DNA of 62,218 bases, the filler included, from Hausera hauseri (Eukaryota): the NCBI GenBank assembly GCA_046269625.1. It is 11 parts of 11 records of this genome, joined end to end, with 100 filler letters (N's around TTAATTAATTAA, not from the genome) between each part and the next. Parts side by side here need not be neighbours in the genome. Positions count along the whole stretch, not along the records: positions 22,113 to 26,538 come from JBJURY010588000.1; positions 26,639 to 31,976 come from JBJURY010275840.1; positions 32,077 to 38,682 come from JBJURY010082214.1; 8 more parts are not named here. The stretch is one strand, 5' to 3'. The notes under the pieces are model-generated. The model saw nothing but the letters and a program-made list of their open reading frames with translations. It did no database searches and was not told where the DNA came from. The translations under genes and the position numbers were made by a program. This document shows, one piece after another, positions 23,201 to 35,584 of this stretch. Within the stretch, counting starts at the first letter, position 1. Each line of letters begins with the position of its first letter.

Positions 23201-25269
23201 AAAAAAAAAGGCTTTCAAATCTGGCATTATTTTGAATAAAAGATGGTCCGCTGAATAACACCAGACATAATGGCAAATGTTTTAAAAGAAGTGTTACGTA
23301 GTTTGCAACAAAGGAGACGATCAAGGATTTCACATTCAAAAAATACATATTTTTTCCTATCAATAATTAAATGAGTATTTCAATCGTTTCGTGTTTATAT
23401 CTTTATTGACAGTTTCTGGTATTTAAGACCTGTACACTTTATTTACTGTGCAAATTCGTCGGGACTGCGGGGAAACGGCCTAAATTAAACTTATGTTTTC
23501 GTGAAGCAGTCTAGGTAACCAAAATAAACCCCTGCACGCCACTGCTTTTCACTCCTAAAGAGTTAGAGCAAACCGACGTCAACAATGCTGGTTGCAGAGC
23601 TCGATGTACGAGACACCTTGCACACCAAGCCACTAAGCGAATCTGAAATATCTCATTTACATGACTTAGCAATGGAGAGCTCCTTAATAAATGACCAACA
23701 CTGAGAACCGGAGACATGAGTGAATGGCCAAATGACACAGTATATATGACTGAGCACCGCTGAACAATCTCGGTTTCATGAATAAATGAGCGTCAAAGAA
23801 CTACATAAATGCTGACCATCGCATGACTGAACTACACGATAATGTTTCATGCATATGCCATTGCAGGCAGTATCCATGACATACTACCATACAAGAAATG
23901 GGGTAGGGAGTCTTGATTATCAAAGTATTGCTAATTAACCACATTTTTTGACACATTCTGCTTTTTTTAGCCGGTTACATGCGTATATAAATTATATGCT
24001 TTTTAATCATGATTAATAAATATTACTAAAGTTTCGCATGGATCCTAACTTCCAAATGTATCACATGCAATCTCTTAGAAATTATGAGAGGATATTCTGT
24101 CATATTGGCGGAAAAAAATAAATATCATTTTAAAAACAAATATAATGAATACCACAGCTGTATACAATATCAATCGCAGAAATCACTGGTTAATAATGGT
24201 TTCGATATAGTTCACAAATTAGTTCTCACTCAGCAACGAAACTTGATACACTGACTTTCGATTTACTTTATACGAATTTCCAACGCTAAGGTCGAATTTA
24301 CTCTGTTGAATTAGACGACGCTACAATCGAATTAGAAGTGTTCTCCCACTCTCATTTAGCTACGCCTTATATATCAATGTGGTACGTAGGCGTCATAGCA
24401 GATCTAACATTTTTCTTTATTTTCTATCCATTTGCAATTAATTCGCTACCATAAATCACCATTTCTTTCTACAAACTAATATAATCAATATCATTTATAG
24501 TTTTTCCTACATGGCACATACTAAATAATATTCATTTTAATATTTACAACGACAGCTGTTCACTGGATTGGCATTTATCGTTCGGCTATTTACAACATGC
24601 GTATACATATTGAAACTTCATATGACATTATCGGACAGAACTTTCCGGTAGACCTACTATTTTATCTTGTTGTGATGTTTGTTAGAGTTGTATATAAATG
24701 GTATAGAATTATATAGTTTTAGAAATCGCTAAATGAACGGTTTCTTCTAATTAGTATAGTTAGATTCGTCATTTAAAGCTTTAAAATGAAATAAATGTTG
24801 ATAAATAAAGTAGAAACATTGACTAGAACATTTCATATCAGATATTATATTACATACAATTGTTTTTATTTTTCTTCTTGTTTTCCATTAACTTTCTTTG
24901 TGATTAATGACAGTTATTAATTTTTATTCTCCTTTTGATTGGAAACCAGGCAGGAAATCTTTTGTTGGCAAAAGTAATTCAGATAATTAGAGAGTACTGA
25001 GGATGATTTTTTCTTAAATTTGAATTGTTCGTTAATTTAAAATCTCGATTTAATTCTGAAGTATTTTTGTGAGAAATAATTATTGTCAGGCAAAATTATT
25101 CGTTATACATTTTTTATTAATAATAACGAGAGCGGGGGATACTTTGTTGAAGAAGCAAATTTCAATATTATCAAGGTTTATGTTTCTTGCAATGGACCGT
25201 TAAATTTTTGGCATCTTGCCGTATCCCATGGGCAAAATTAAAACTTTATGCATACAACTGTAATAATCT

Positions 25270-25600
25270 TGTGAGACATGTCAACGAAACAAGACCATAA
25301 CAACAGGTACGAAGGAAGAGACTCTGAGACTCACTGCAAACGAACCATTCGAGAAGATCTACATTGACATTTGCGGACCGTTAAAAGAAACCTGGAAAAA
25401 GAAAAAATATATATTGGCCATGATAGACCAGTTTAGCAGATATATATCACTATCAGCAATAGCAAAACAGGATAAAGTAACAATAAAAGATACCGTGTTA
25501 AAGACATGTATTCTTAAATTCAGTGCACCGAAAGAGACACACAGATTGAGGAAAAGCATTTGAATCTAGGGTATTTAGACATGACGGCGTCAATGGACAT
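25270..25600 (+). mobile_element. Ty3/Gypsy integrase fragment
   Basis: Manual translation CETCQRNK...EPFEKIYIDICGPLKETWKKKKYILAMIDQFSRYISL...KFSAPKE. Confidence 0.85.
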
Positions 25601-26012
25601 CAAGATGTGCTTGTGGTACTCGCGTCAATCGTCGCCCTCTGGCCCATTCGGTTAGGCACGGCCGGGTTTCCGCTACCGTCGTGTTGGGCACATAGGCAGG
25701 ACCCAGAACGGATCTTCAGTTATTACCAGAATGGCCTTATCAAGATACATTTCTTTGCCATATAAAAGCTAGTCGCACTAAACCCATCATTCGTTTAACA
25801 TGGTCGTTATATAAAGACAAAAAGCAATTCACTTTAGATGAGTTTCATGATGAAGTTTGAACGAAATAGTCAAACCGCTATTTGTCAAAGAGATCCATGC
25901 ATGTTAACCCCATTCACGTTGAATACAGATGTAATCGATGAAGAATTTTTACAGCAATACCAAATTAAATATTTCTTGTCCGGTCGTCGATTTTTAGAGA
26001 AAATTCAGGGTA

Positions 26013-26405
26013 GTGGATGACCATAAAATTACGTATTCCCCAATAATCTGGAACATTCTTGATCCATTTTTGAATGAAGGAGTTCTGATCGAATTTTATT
26101 TACAAATACCTGCAAAGACAACTGGAACATTAATGACTGTGGAGGCTACCGACTTAAAGATGATTGTTGTTTTAAAGTCTACGATTTTGAAAATGAAAAT
26201 ATTGGACAGTGATCAGGACTATGAATTTCTAATTAGTAAGAACGCCATGCAAATAAATAAATGGTACAAGATTTTAATAAAACTTAATGCTTCGAAAATA
26301 TTTCTACTCGTTAATTGTCAACTACAAAATGAGATTGAAAATTCTTATATTGTGGACTGGACACAATTGAAATATTTGTACTTGTTTACTGGTTCGTCTA
26401 AGTAG
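26013..26405 (+). CDS. Thrombospondin N-terminal / laminin-G-like (TSPN) domain exon or fragment
   Basis: LQIPAKTTGTLMTV...NKWYKILIKLNASKIFLLVNCQ fits the TSPN W(H/Y)K-L-L...L-V(D/N)C pattern. Confidence 0.55.
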   Translation: MDDHKITYSPIIWNILDPFLNEGVLIEFYLQIPAKTTGTLMTVEATDLKMIVVLKSTILKMKILDSDQDYEFLISKNAMQINKWYKILIKLNASKIFLLVNCQLQNEIENSYIVDWTQLKYLYLFTGSSK

Positions 26406-27002
26406 GGGGAAAATGGCGGTTCTGGCCCACACCCCCGGGGGGTAATCGATAAATCGATTTCGCACATGTGCCAATCGGTAGTGCACATTGTGCACTATCG
26501 ATCCATAAAGTGCTAGGCAACGGTGCCGTTAGGCACCGNNNNNNNNNNNNNNNNNNNNNNNNNNNNNNNNNNNNNNNNNNNNTTAATTAATTAANNNNNN
26601 NNNNNNNNNNNNNNNNNNNNNNNNNNNNNNNNNNNNNNAATCGAAAAAAGAGTAGGCCTAACGGCCGCTGTCAGGGTAAACTATTAGGAAAAAACCTAGC
26701 AAACAAAGCTCTTCATGCTGATTTCATGACAGAAAAGGTCGGAGGATGGTTTATGTATTTGAATAGCGCTTTTCTCATAAAATCTTTAGATTTATGCCAA
26801 GGTGTTGTTATTTTATGATTCTAGAGATATTAAATTACATGAATACGTAAAAAGAAATGTCTTTCGGAGCGTAAAATTAACTATTTTGCCACCAACTACA
26901 CCCCTTAATATCATAGGATGGTAGCCCATGGCTGACAGAAACAAACTTGAAAGACATCATTCAAAACTTTATACAGATGACAAGAATTAAAAAAAAACCA
27001 AT

Positions 27003-27050
27003 GGGCTTGGTGGTCTCGTGGAACGATGTCCGCCTCGAGTGCTAGAGGTC
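27003..27050 (+). repeat. 5' half of a tRNA(Pro)-like SINE head; 3' half at ~29047-29100 after an RTE insertion
   Basis: GGGCTTGGTGGTCTCGTGGAACGATGTCCGCCTCGAGTGCTAGAGGTC (A box) plus CGGGTTCAAAT (B box, 29051-29061) rebuilds a tRNA-Pro-like sequence. Confidence 0.6.
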
Positions 27051-29046
27051 ATCATCATGTGGCCTGTCCTTTGCAGAACGTCGCCCTCATCACAGCCTGT
27101 CTGAAAGATTCACTGTCACTTGTGAGCTCAGTCCGTCTCTCTCAAGTTCACATCAAAGTTTTCTTGATGTCTTGTGACCAGCGTCGTCTTGGTCTTCCCT
27201 TGCCTCTTTCTCCAGGAAAAATACCTTCCAATACTAGTTTCTCCAGGCCATCATGACGATTAATGTGACCAACATATTCAGTTATTGGAGTATATATTTT
27301 TTTCCACCACTTTTTAGCCCATGATATTGTTAGGACTTTTCTAAGTATACTGTAGCACTTTAATTCGAATGTGTCTATATTTTTTTTTTACTGCTTGTGT
27401 AATAGTCCATGTTTCGCTTCTGTAAGTCGCCACAGGGAATATAAATTATATTTGAAGTTTTATTTTGATTGAGTTGCTGGTGTCGTGCCATAGATTCTTC
27501 ATACTATTTAATCTCTGCATTGCTATGCCTTATCTCCTTGAGTAGTCTCCTTTGTTGTAAATTATAGACTCCAGATATTCAAAATTTGAGACATTCTCTA
27601 TTAATTGTCGTTCGTGATTTTGGGTTGACGACTAGCTTTGTTGGTTATCATTATTTTGTGCGCGCTTGTGCGTGTGTATGTGTATGTGTGTTTTCAAGAA
27701 AAGGTTCTGTTCTTCGCTGTATTTTTTAACCGGAAGTATGAGTTGATCTTGACCTTCAGGACTATTTGAAAGTAGGACTGTATCATGAGTTCTGGAAGAA
27801 TGTTACCAACCATTGTGAAAGGATGACAGTTTGCACTGTTTTCATCTCCTCTGACATTTCTCATTTTAATTTCGGCAAAGATGGTGAACAGATATGGAGA
27901 GAGTATACATACTTGTCTTACTTCCTTTAGTATCTCAAATCATTATGATGTTTCTCCCGATATTCCTACAGTTGCTTGTTGTTCTTGATGTAGTGATTCA
28001 GTTAGATGTATTATATATGTTGGAAGACCCCTATGTCTCCCATGATTTCCATAACTTTTTATGCTGCATACAGTTAAAAACCTTGGTGTAATCATTAAAA
28101 CAAGTGTGAAGGTCCACGTCGTACTCTCTGCAATTCTTGAATTTGTTACACAAGTAGAATATATGGTTCCTGGTGCCCCTACTTTATCGAAAACCAGCTT
28201 GTACTTCGTGTATTTCTTATTATAGTTTATTTTTTATTCTCTTCATGATGATGTCTAAGAGGATTTTGCTGGCACGGCTTATTAGAGCGATGGTGCGATA
28301 ATTTGTGCAAAATCTTAGATTTCCTTTCTTTGGTATGGGAACATAATCTGAACTTTTCCATGGTTGGGCCAGTCAGCACTGTTCCAGATTTTTAGACACA
28401 ATGCTTAATAGACTCGGGCGCTGGCTTCCCCTCCTGCTTGATTTCCTTATTTAAGACTATTGACTTATTTTAGACTATTGCCGAGATTACTTCATCTATA
28501 ATAGGTTCTTGTTCTTTACTTCATCTATAATAGGTTCTGGTTCTTTATCTTCGCCTTTCATTGCTGATTCTGTATTATGTTTGGTGTCTTACGCATTTCC
28601 CAACAGTATTCTACCATCTTGCTAGAATGTCTTTGCTTTCTGTAGTGCGTATCCTTCTTTGTCATCTATTACTTGTAGTTGTGGTTTAAAATCGCTAGTT
28701 AATGCTTTATTTAAGCTGAACATTTCTCCATCTTGTCCTCGTTTCCGAAGATCTTCCATTTTGTTGCATGTATTTGTAATGTACTTTTTTTTATCTTTTA
28801 CTATTTTCTCTTCAGTTCTTTCTGGTACAGTTTCTGTAGTTGTCGCTGTTCCGTTTTGCCCCTTCTCAGCTTTATTATCTTCTTTCTTTTATGAGTTTCA
28901 GTGTTTCGTTTGTGATGTTGTTCTGTTTCTTATTTTTCTTGGTAACATGTTTTGTGCTGTTGAAATAAGGACATCTCTTGCGTGCGGGGCAATAGAATTT
29001 CGAATTTATTTTAAACTTTGGTGTTGTATTCTGGTGGTGCCCTAGA
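27049..29046 (-). mobile_element. RTE-clade LINE, 5'-truncated and decayed, with (TGA)n 3' tail
   Basis: Minus strand: VPIPKKGNLRFCTNYRTIALISRASKILL, QAGFR, YVGHINRHDGLEKLVLEGIFPGERGKGRPRRRW; tail TCATCATCAT on + at 27049-27058. Confidence 0.88.
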
Positions 29047-29439
29047 CATACGGGTTCAAATATTGGCGGAAGTACTTAGGATTTTTTCTCCAGGGTCTTC
29101 TACTAAAATTTCCTTGCGTGCTGAGATCGAACGTCTGTGTACATTGCCGTGCACGTTAAAAATGTCTTGGAATCGAAGAAAAAGTTACCCTAAATGTCGC
29201 GGAACATTCTAGGCAAAATCTATGTAAAACAAAGAAAACCGACCTGTTTCTGATTTGTAGACGTAACTGAGACGTAACAGACACAAACTTTATAAATCAT
29301 TAGAGCATATTAGATATCCACTACAGTTGCTCCGGATAATTATTATATATCATGATAATATGAAGGCCAACATCCAGTTTGATGGCGCCATGTCTGAAGG
29401 TTTGATGTAAAATTTAAAAAATAAAACATTGTGCCATAC

Positions 29440-29583
29440 AAATTGACGTGCGTAGGGCGTCGAGAGAGCCGCCAACGTTTCAAAGGCCCCACGAAATCTC
29501 ACAACAGATGGCCAGTCCTACGTGGTCTCGAACCCCTTAACATCGTTTCCGAGGTGAGCGTTCTTAACCACTGAGCCACAGAT
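29440..29583 (-). repeat. tRNA-derived SINE head
   Basis: Minus strand A box TGGCTCAGTGG (29578-29568) and B box GGTTCGAGACC (29534-29524); no matching acceptor stem, so not a tRNA gene. Confidence 0.65.
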
Positions 29584-30049
29584 GACCCCTTTTGATGTAA
29601 ACAGCGATTTTATTAAGGATGTGTTCTTATTCCAAGGCTCATGGGAATTTACCTCTCTGCCCAGCCGCCATGTTTTTTTAAAAAGACAACATATCTTTAT
29701 TCTCACAATATCAGATCGATCGATGTTCACAGCTGAAAGCAAAGAAAAACACTCTGGCAATCCTCATTAGGGATCTACTTTTTGCAGTAGTTACAGCCCT
29801 TGTTGCCCATAACATCAGTCATTAATAAACAATTTACCAAAGGTTTTTGAATTTTTCTCTTTGACCATTAATATTTAAAAAAAAAAACTATAATTCAACA
29901 GGATGAGATCACACCATTAAATTTCAGTCAGAATGGAAATAAGCTTGAAAGTGTAAGAGTTTATTATTTAGCTTCAACAGTAACTCGAACGCTTTCTTAG
30001 GATGTGGAAATCAACACACCAGATGGAAAGGAATCCGAAAATTTTGGAA

Positions 30050-30560
30050 AACTATCAAAGAGAGTATATAATACATAGTTAGAATCTCAAGTCTAACACG
30101 TCTATTTACCAGGAGTGCGTACCCTGTTCTCTCTGAAACTTGGACAACATAAACAGTCCAAGAGAAAGAGCTTTTAAGCTTCCATCTACGCTTCTTTTGT
30201 AGAATAATGGATACCAAATGGCAGTACAGAACGACCGACACAGAAGTATTGTAGCGTGATAAGTTACAATTTATAATGGCATTACTTTATTTTTCAAAAC
30301 AAATGTTCGGGATATGTTTGGAGAATGATCGACAGCCGCATATTTTACGAGGTGAATTCTCATTTGAGACAAAGACCAAGCGGGAGACCAACAATAACAT
30401 AGAAAGATATCCGCAACACATCAATCTGGAGACTTTCTCATTGATGTTAGTAACTGCTGAAAGACTGTACCAAATTGCTTGACATTCGATACTACATTTA
30501 TCAACCAGCTGGAGAACAAAAGACATTAAAGCATTAATAGATATAATAGTAACGAAAGAA
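30050..30560 (+). mobile_element. Decayed 3' fragment of an RTE/BovB-like LINE
   Basis: Broken frames give SETWT, FHLRFFCRIMDTKWQYRTTDTEVL and LENDRQPHILRGEF, typical of the RTE C-terminal region. Confidence 0.55.
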
Positions 30561-32089
30561 GCAGTTCATGGAGACAGCAACCAACATTGTCGGATTCAAA
30601 CATTTACATATACACTTTTAAGATTATTTTATCTTTTTTGTGATACATCTCTATTTCATCCACTCAATATCTACTACTCCCATGGCCCATTCCGTTTATC
30701 ACATTCTTTTTGATATCTGAGATTTCTGAGGTTAATGTAAAAAAAAAAAAAAATACAGATTTTAAACTGGTTTTCATATCAGTGTCACGCTTTGTTCATA
30801 CATTTGAATGGTGGTGGTAGATCTCCGTGTGACTGTGAGTTATGAGTTCTAGGCAGCTGATGCCACGGTCAAGCAGTTATTGAGTTATTGTAAGTAAACT
30901 GTTACCAATTGTTGGGTACACTGGAAGGTATATACATTTTAATAAAGAAATTTTCATTATAACATAAAAGGCGTGTAACATTGCTAGGTTTATATAGATA
31001 ATACCACTTCACTAATTATAAAAAGAGGGAAGGAACAAATACACATTTTAAATGTACGTAACTCATTTCTACCTATAATATAAGCTTGTGTCTTGGAAGT
31101 GACATTTGACACAATGAATGCATTTTATCATAATGTCACAGCAAGAAGGTCTTTCATTATTTTATTATCATACTAATTTTCGTCTGGCTTTTCAAATTAC
31201 TAAAGGTAAATTCTTTTGTCCTGTCTGATTCAGATATTTCCAAATGCCAAACTAGCTGACCCTTATCAGGTCGAGACACAGCTAGAATACAGGAACAATA
31301 GAATAAACTGTCGCGTGAAACAGCTTTCAAAATTAGGAGTGGTCGTTGCCGCTTTAAATGTCACCGGCAATCAGCTGTGTTATAGATAAGCACATACTGA
31401 TGTTCTCTATTTCTTTTGTGCTTTCATATTCTTTCTCATCAGGTGACAAGACGAATTCTGGAAAATTTAAAAACCAATTCATGGGGTTTTTTTTTAAAAT
31501 TATGTTTAATTTTTACAGAACTTGTGATGATATATTACTCATTAAAGTTAACAGGATGTTGCCCGTAACCATATGTTTACATGTGATGATAGAGACACTA
31601 ACATTTCTGTAGACCATATATTCAATGTTTTCCAGAGTATGTGATTATATATTTCATAATGGAGACAGTATGGAAATCTTGAGTGTGGAAAATACAAACA
31701 TTCTTACTAGGGACAGCACAGACATTCGTACTGCAGACAATACAGACATCCTCAATAGAAACATTGCAATTATTGTAGCTGGGGACAGTGCTGTCAGAGG
31801 CAACACAAATTCGTGTATTTCTGTAACAAACAAAAAATATACAGTTATTTCAAACTGGAGTCAGATTATTCATCTCATGGAAAGAAGGCACACTATATTC
31901 CTGTTTAGTTTAGTCAAAGGGTCGACATCTTTTCACATGGATACGTATCCATAAGTGCTCACACTACATTCCTGATNNNNNNNNNNNNNNNNNNNNNNNN
32001 NNNNNNNNNNNNNNNNNNNNTTAATTAATTAANNNNNNNNNNNNNNNNNNNNNNNNNNNNNNNNNNNNNNNNNNNNTACTAGGTGGTAG

Positions 32090-32760
32090 CTTGATACGTC
32101 TAAAAAATATGGCATGGAAATTAATTCACACAAGACACAGTTGAGGCAAATAGAAACAGAGGATTCATATAATCTTTTAAATTAATAGACAAAACCTAGA
32201 AATAGTTGCATTTCAAATATCTGGGATCCATGTTAAGTGATGCTGAAACATAACCAGCTAAAAGAGCAAAATAGCAGTTTCAGTTGTGGCAAATGGGCTA
32301 ATCTGGAGAGATAAATGTATCAATCCAAAGACAAAGTTGATGCACACATATTTCTGTATGCTTGCATAGTATAGATATTAACTAACAAACAAGAAAGCAA
32401 GATAAAATCAGTTGAAACAAGAATGATCCTTAGACAGTCATTCATATGTCATGTTACAAATATTGAGACTGAGACGGTGTAGAATATAATAAGAAGAAAT
32501 GCCAGGCATACAAAGACCTGATTTCAAAATTAAAGGACAACAAAACTGCAGTTTTAAGGTTGTGTGACAAGAAGCACTTACCTGACCAACACCTTGCTAA
32601 AATAGAAAGGAAAAAGAGAGGTAAAAACAACATGCAATGAAGAGATAATGTCTGGAAATCGACATGAAAAGTCCCTTAAAGGATTGCAAAGGTTTGTTCA
32701 AGAGACAACAATAGAGAAATACAGTACAGTTCAGCATCTGACTGTTAATGCCCTAATAAT
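32090..32760 (+). mobile_element. Decayed RTE-like LINE fragment
   Basis: KYGMEINSHKT, FKYLGS, IWRDKCINPKTK in broken frames. Confidence 0.6.
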
Positions 32761-32831
32761 AACTTACTTTATGGCACACACAAAGGAAGTTATTTTTTCA
32801 TGTTCAGATTGTTTTCTAGCTGGAATGGAGG

Positions 32832-33236
32832 ATGAGATCCATGCCCACAAGGCATACATTTCCACATGATGACTTATCTCCAAATGCTTTAAAACGTACA
32901 CTTATACAAGACACAATAATTTTTAAGTTATTAGATGATAAAGACAAAGTAATTTCTAACAAAATAATGACAGCAATTACGAAAACAAATTACGACGCAG
33001 AGGTACCACCTAAAACTAACATAATCAACCATAAAATGACACCTAAACCCACACGAGCGGTGTATAAATATTCACGATTAGAAATAATATGCATAGGATC
33101 AATAACCCCTGTAGTTTTGATAATAATATTGTTAATAATGGTTAAAATTTTATACAAGCGACACAAACCAAGAAGCTGGGTTAGAATCGATATGCGAAAT
33201 CTAACGAATCCGTTAGACACAGATAACCCTAGCTGA
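32832..33236 (+). CDS. Membrane-anchored ORF remnant in the 3' internal region of an LTR retroelement
   Basis: Single hydrophobic helix IICIGSITPVVLIIILLIMVKIL followed by basic YKRHK tail; the true 5' end is probably lost near 32866. Confidence 0.5.
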   Translation: MRSMPTRHTFPHDDLSPNALKRTLIQDTIIFKLLDDKDKVISNKIMTAITKTNYDAEVPPKTNIINHKMTPKPTRAVYKYSRLEIICIGSITPVVLIIILLIMVKILYKRHKPRSWVRIDMRNLTNPLDTDNPS

Positions 33237-33305
33237 CGATTACAGTTAGGGATTGCAATATACGCAACCCTAGGTAAAGAGATAACCAAACGACATAGAG
33301 TTATC

Positions 33306-34673
33306 TTGTGTAATAAAAATAACAATAGTAAAACCACAACGATTACCTCCCTGATTTGTCTGATAACCGTTGTGCTGTGTCTAAGTATCGTGATAAATAA
33401 TGTATTGACTCTTGTTTTTACAGTCTCAACTGCTACGTTCCACCAGATCCAGTCTATCAACCGCTCGAAACATTGGTACAGTAACGTCAAGAACCACATG
33501 ATCAATGCTAACCCCTCTAATCAATACTTCGTATCCCACAATGATAACATGACTAGTTTAAACTATCCACAGACTCCGCAAATTCCTAACAATATTAAAG
33601 GATACAGTATGGCAAATCGATCTTTCGCCATAATGCAACTCACTAAAGCTACGTCGTTTCTGCTAGAGGACATAATAATATTACCCGATCGGTTCCATTC
33701 TATGAACCTGTATGGTGTGGTGGGTCAAATCCAGATAAAGACCACAGACAAAAAAACCTCCATCAAAGGCGATCTAATTAATGTCGATCCTGAACACGCC
33801 TTAGCGTTCGACTATACCTTTCTTCAAACCAATAATTTCAAAATCCGTTCATGCACAAATCGTGTAATACTGGCAATAGAAATAATTAAACGAGAGAAAT
33901 TTTACCCCACCCTACCAGAAGGAAGATGTTTCAATCTCCCAGAACCTGACTATGTCAAGTACAAAAACATTCCCTACAGAAGATTGGAAAAAGTCACAGA
34001 TAAGGACATGGTCATAGCAGCCGTAAATCTGGCCTATGACCAGTGGAATCAGCTTCAACCCATCGAAGCTTCGATTCTAACGTTAAACGGAGATACTTTA
34101 CTATATGGAATTATTACACCGAGGCAGCGTATCAATAATTTCGACACGCATATAACTGGCCTCACAGAATCCAGTATTAATAATCAAATCGATCCCATGG
34201 ATTTTTATCGGAAGGTGACAGAAGTAATAACGGACAAAGTGATTATCGGAGCCGAAGTGGTTGAAATGGTTGTGAACCATTTCAAATGTCCAATCCGACG
34301 GATAGCTGGAGTGCGTGATATATTATATCACGAGGATGTTATCCGTCGGTACCAGTTATCATCTAATACTTATAAAGAATTGGCCCGAAAGTTTTATGAT
34401 ACCAAGGGCTTCTCTCTTCGAAGCACTGCCTTAGCGCAGTGCTATCAATCCATCTACAAGCAACTAAAATGGTCTGATGAGTATATTACTCAAAGTACGG
34501 CCTCCGATACGGTGCGAAAAGCACCAACAGCATCACAATGCGGAAGAAAGCGAAAAATCCAAGTGGACGAAACTATTATACTAGACGAGGAGATATACGA
34601 ACCAGATTCCATACGGTACAAATCCAGAACCACAGACAAATACATCCACATGCCTCTAATGTTGGATCAGTAA
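33306..34673 (+). CDS. Accessory ORF: degenerate retropepsin-like segment plus REX4/ISG20-like DEDDh exonuclease fold, apparently catalytically altered
   Basis: EASILTLNGDTLLYGIITPRQRINNFDTHITGLT...FYRKVTEVITDKVIIGA...IAGVRDIL parallels REX4 (RVSIVN..G.VLYD..VKP...V.DYRT..SGI...V..LLK.RILVGH...RDT); ExoI D-x-E not visible; first ATG at 33498. Confidence 0.6.
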   Translation: MCNKNNNSKTTTITSLICLITVVLCLSIVINNVLTLVFTVSTATFHQIQSINRSKHWYSNVKNHMINANPSNQYFVSHNDNMTSLNYPQTPQIPNNIKGYSMANRSFAIMQLTKATSFLLEDIIILPDRFHSMNLYGVVGQIQIKTTDKKTSIKGDLINVDPEHALAFDYTFLQTNNFKIRSCTNRVILAIEIIKREKFYPTLPEGRCFNLPEPDYVKYKNIPYRRLEKVTDKDMVIAAVNLAYDQWNQLQPIEASILTLNGDTLLYGIITPRQRINNFDTHITGLTESSINNQIDPMDFYRKVTEVITDKVIIGAEVVEMVVNHFKCPIRRIAGVRDILYHEDVIRRYQLSSNTYKELARKFYDTKGFSLRSTALAQCYQSIYKQLKWSDEYITQSTASDTVRKAPTASQCGRKRKIQVDETIILDEEIYEPDSIRYKSRTTDKYIHMPLMLDQ

Positions 34674-34709
34674 TAAATTGAGGACAATTTCTCAAAACCC
34701 CCGTCGAGT

Positions 34710-35433
34710 TGTTGATGAACTTCGTGTCTTAATAACTTTGAACTTTGTCTTAATAACTTTACCAACGAATGATCATGTGTAATAACTGTGCAATGATTTA
34801 TTTTATAAATGATCACGTATTATATAACTGATCGTACTATGTAACGTATATTTAATTTTGTAAAATGGAAACTGACATGTGATTTTCCTTTGTGATTCAT
34901 GATTTTTACGTGATTCTAACGGAATTTTTCATGCGAACGTTGTTTTATTTATATTATGTCATACAATTGGAATACTATATAAAGTGTGATTTTGTTCATT
35001 AAAATCAGAAACTTTTTATTGACAATGACATCACGTAAGTGTACTCATTCCTTCTTTGTATATGCTTGTTAAATTCTTGATTGTTATATGGTATTTGAAT
35101 AGAGTTATCATTTTATTTTTCAAGTATTGTTGTGTTTTTATCAATTAATAAAAGTAAATAAATAAGTTTCAATAATATTGGAAATTCTTCGTCCAGGTAA
35201 AAGCGACCTGACGGAGGCCTCATTAAAACCCGTTTAACGTATAAGATAGTAAACCATAAGTCAATAAACGAGATAAAATATTCTTGAGTATTCTTGTAAC
35301 ACATCACCTACTCACGATTAAGTAAGATCATATACGACTCCTACACGTTAAGACGCAAATTGTTCTACTCAATAGTTGACGAAAAGCTTATTAAATTGAT
35401 ATTATAGCCCGACCAATATTGAGTAACTGAACA
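34710..35433 (+). repeat. Long terminal repeat (~724 bp)
   Basis: TGTTGA...TGAACA termini; preceded by PPT-position sequence TTGAGGACAATTTCTCAAAACCCCCGTCGAGT; TATATAAA ~34976, ATTAAA ~34998; followed by a PBS. Confidence 0.75.
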
Positions 35434-35436
35434 AAC

Positions 35437-35454
35437 TGGTTCCGTGACCCGGGA
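35437..35454 (+). promoter_or_regulatory. Primer-binding site (tRNA-His- or tRNA-Glu-like)
   Basis: TGGTTCCGTGACCCGGGA begins 3 nt after the LTR-terminal CA. Confidence 0.75.
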
Positions 35455-35584
35455 TTACATAAATTTATTAGGACTTTAGGTTAAAGAAAGCAATATAACC
35501 ACTAGAAAAGGAACAGTATACCAACGAGAAGAAAGTATACCCTTTGGATTAGAATATATAGATAATTTAAGCGAAGAAGAACCC

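Noticed and set aside
23520-23730. Possible BEL/Pao integrase C-terminal remnant
   Set aside because: Only vague similarity (NPCTPLLF, LRTGD) with several stops; cannot be supported without a search.
29515-29583. Functional tRNA gene
   Set aside because: A and B boxes are present but no pairing acceptor stem; best read as a SINE head.
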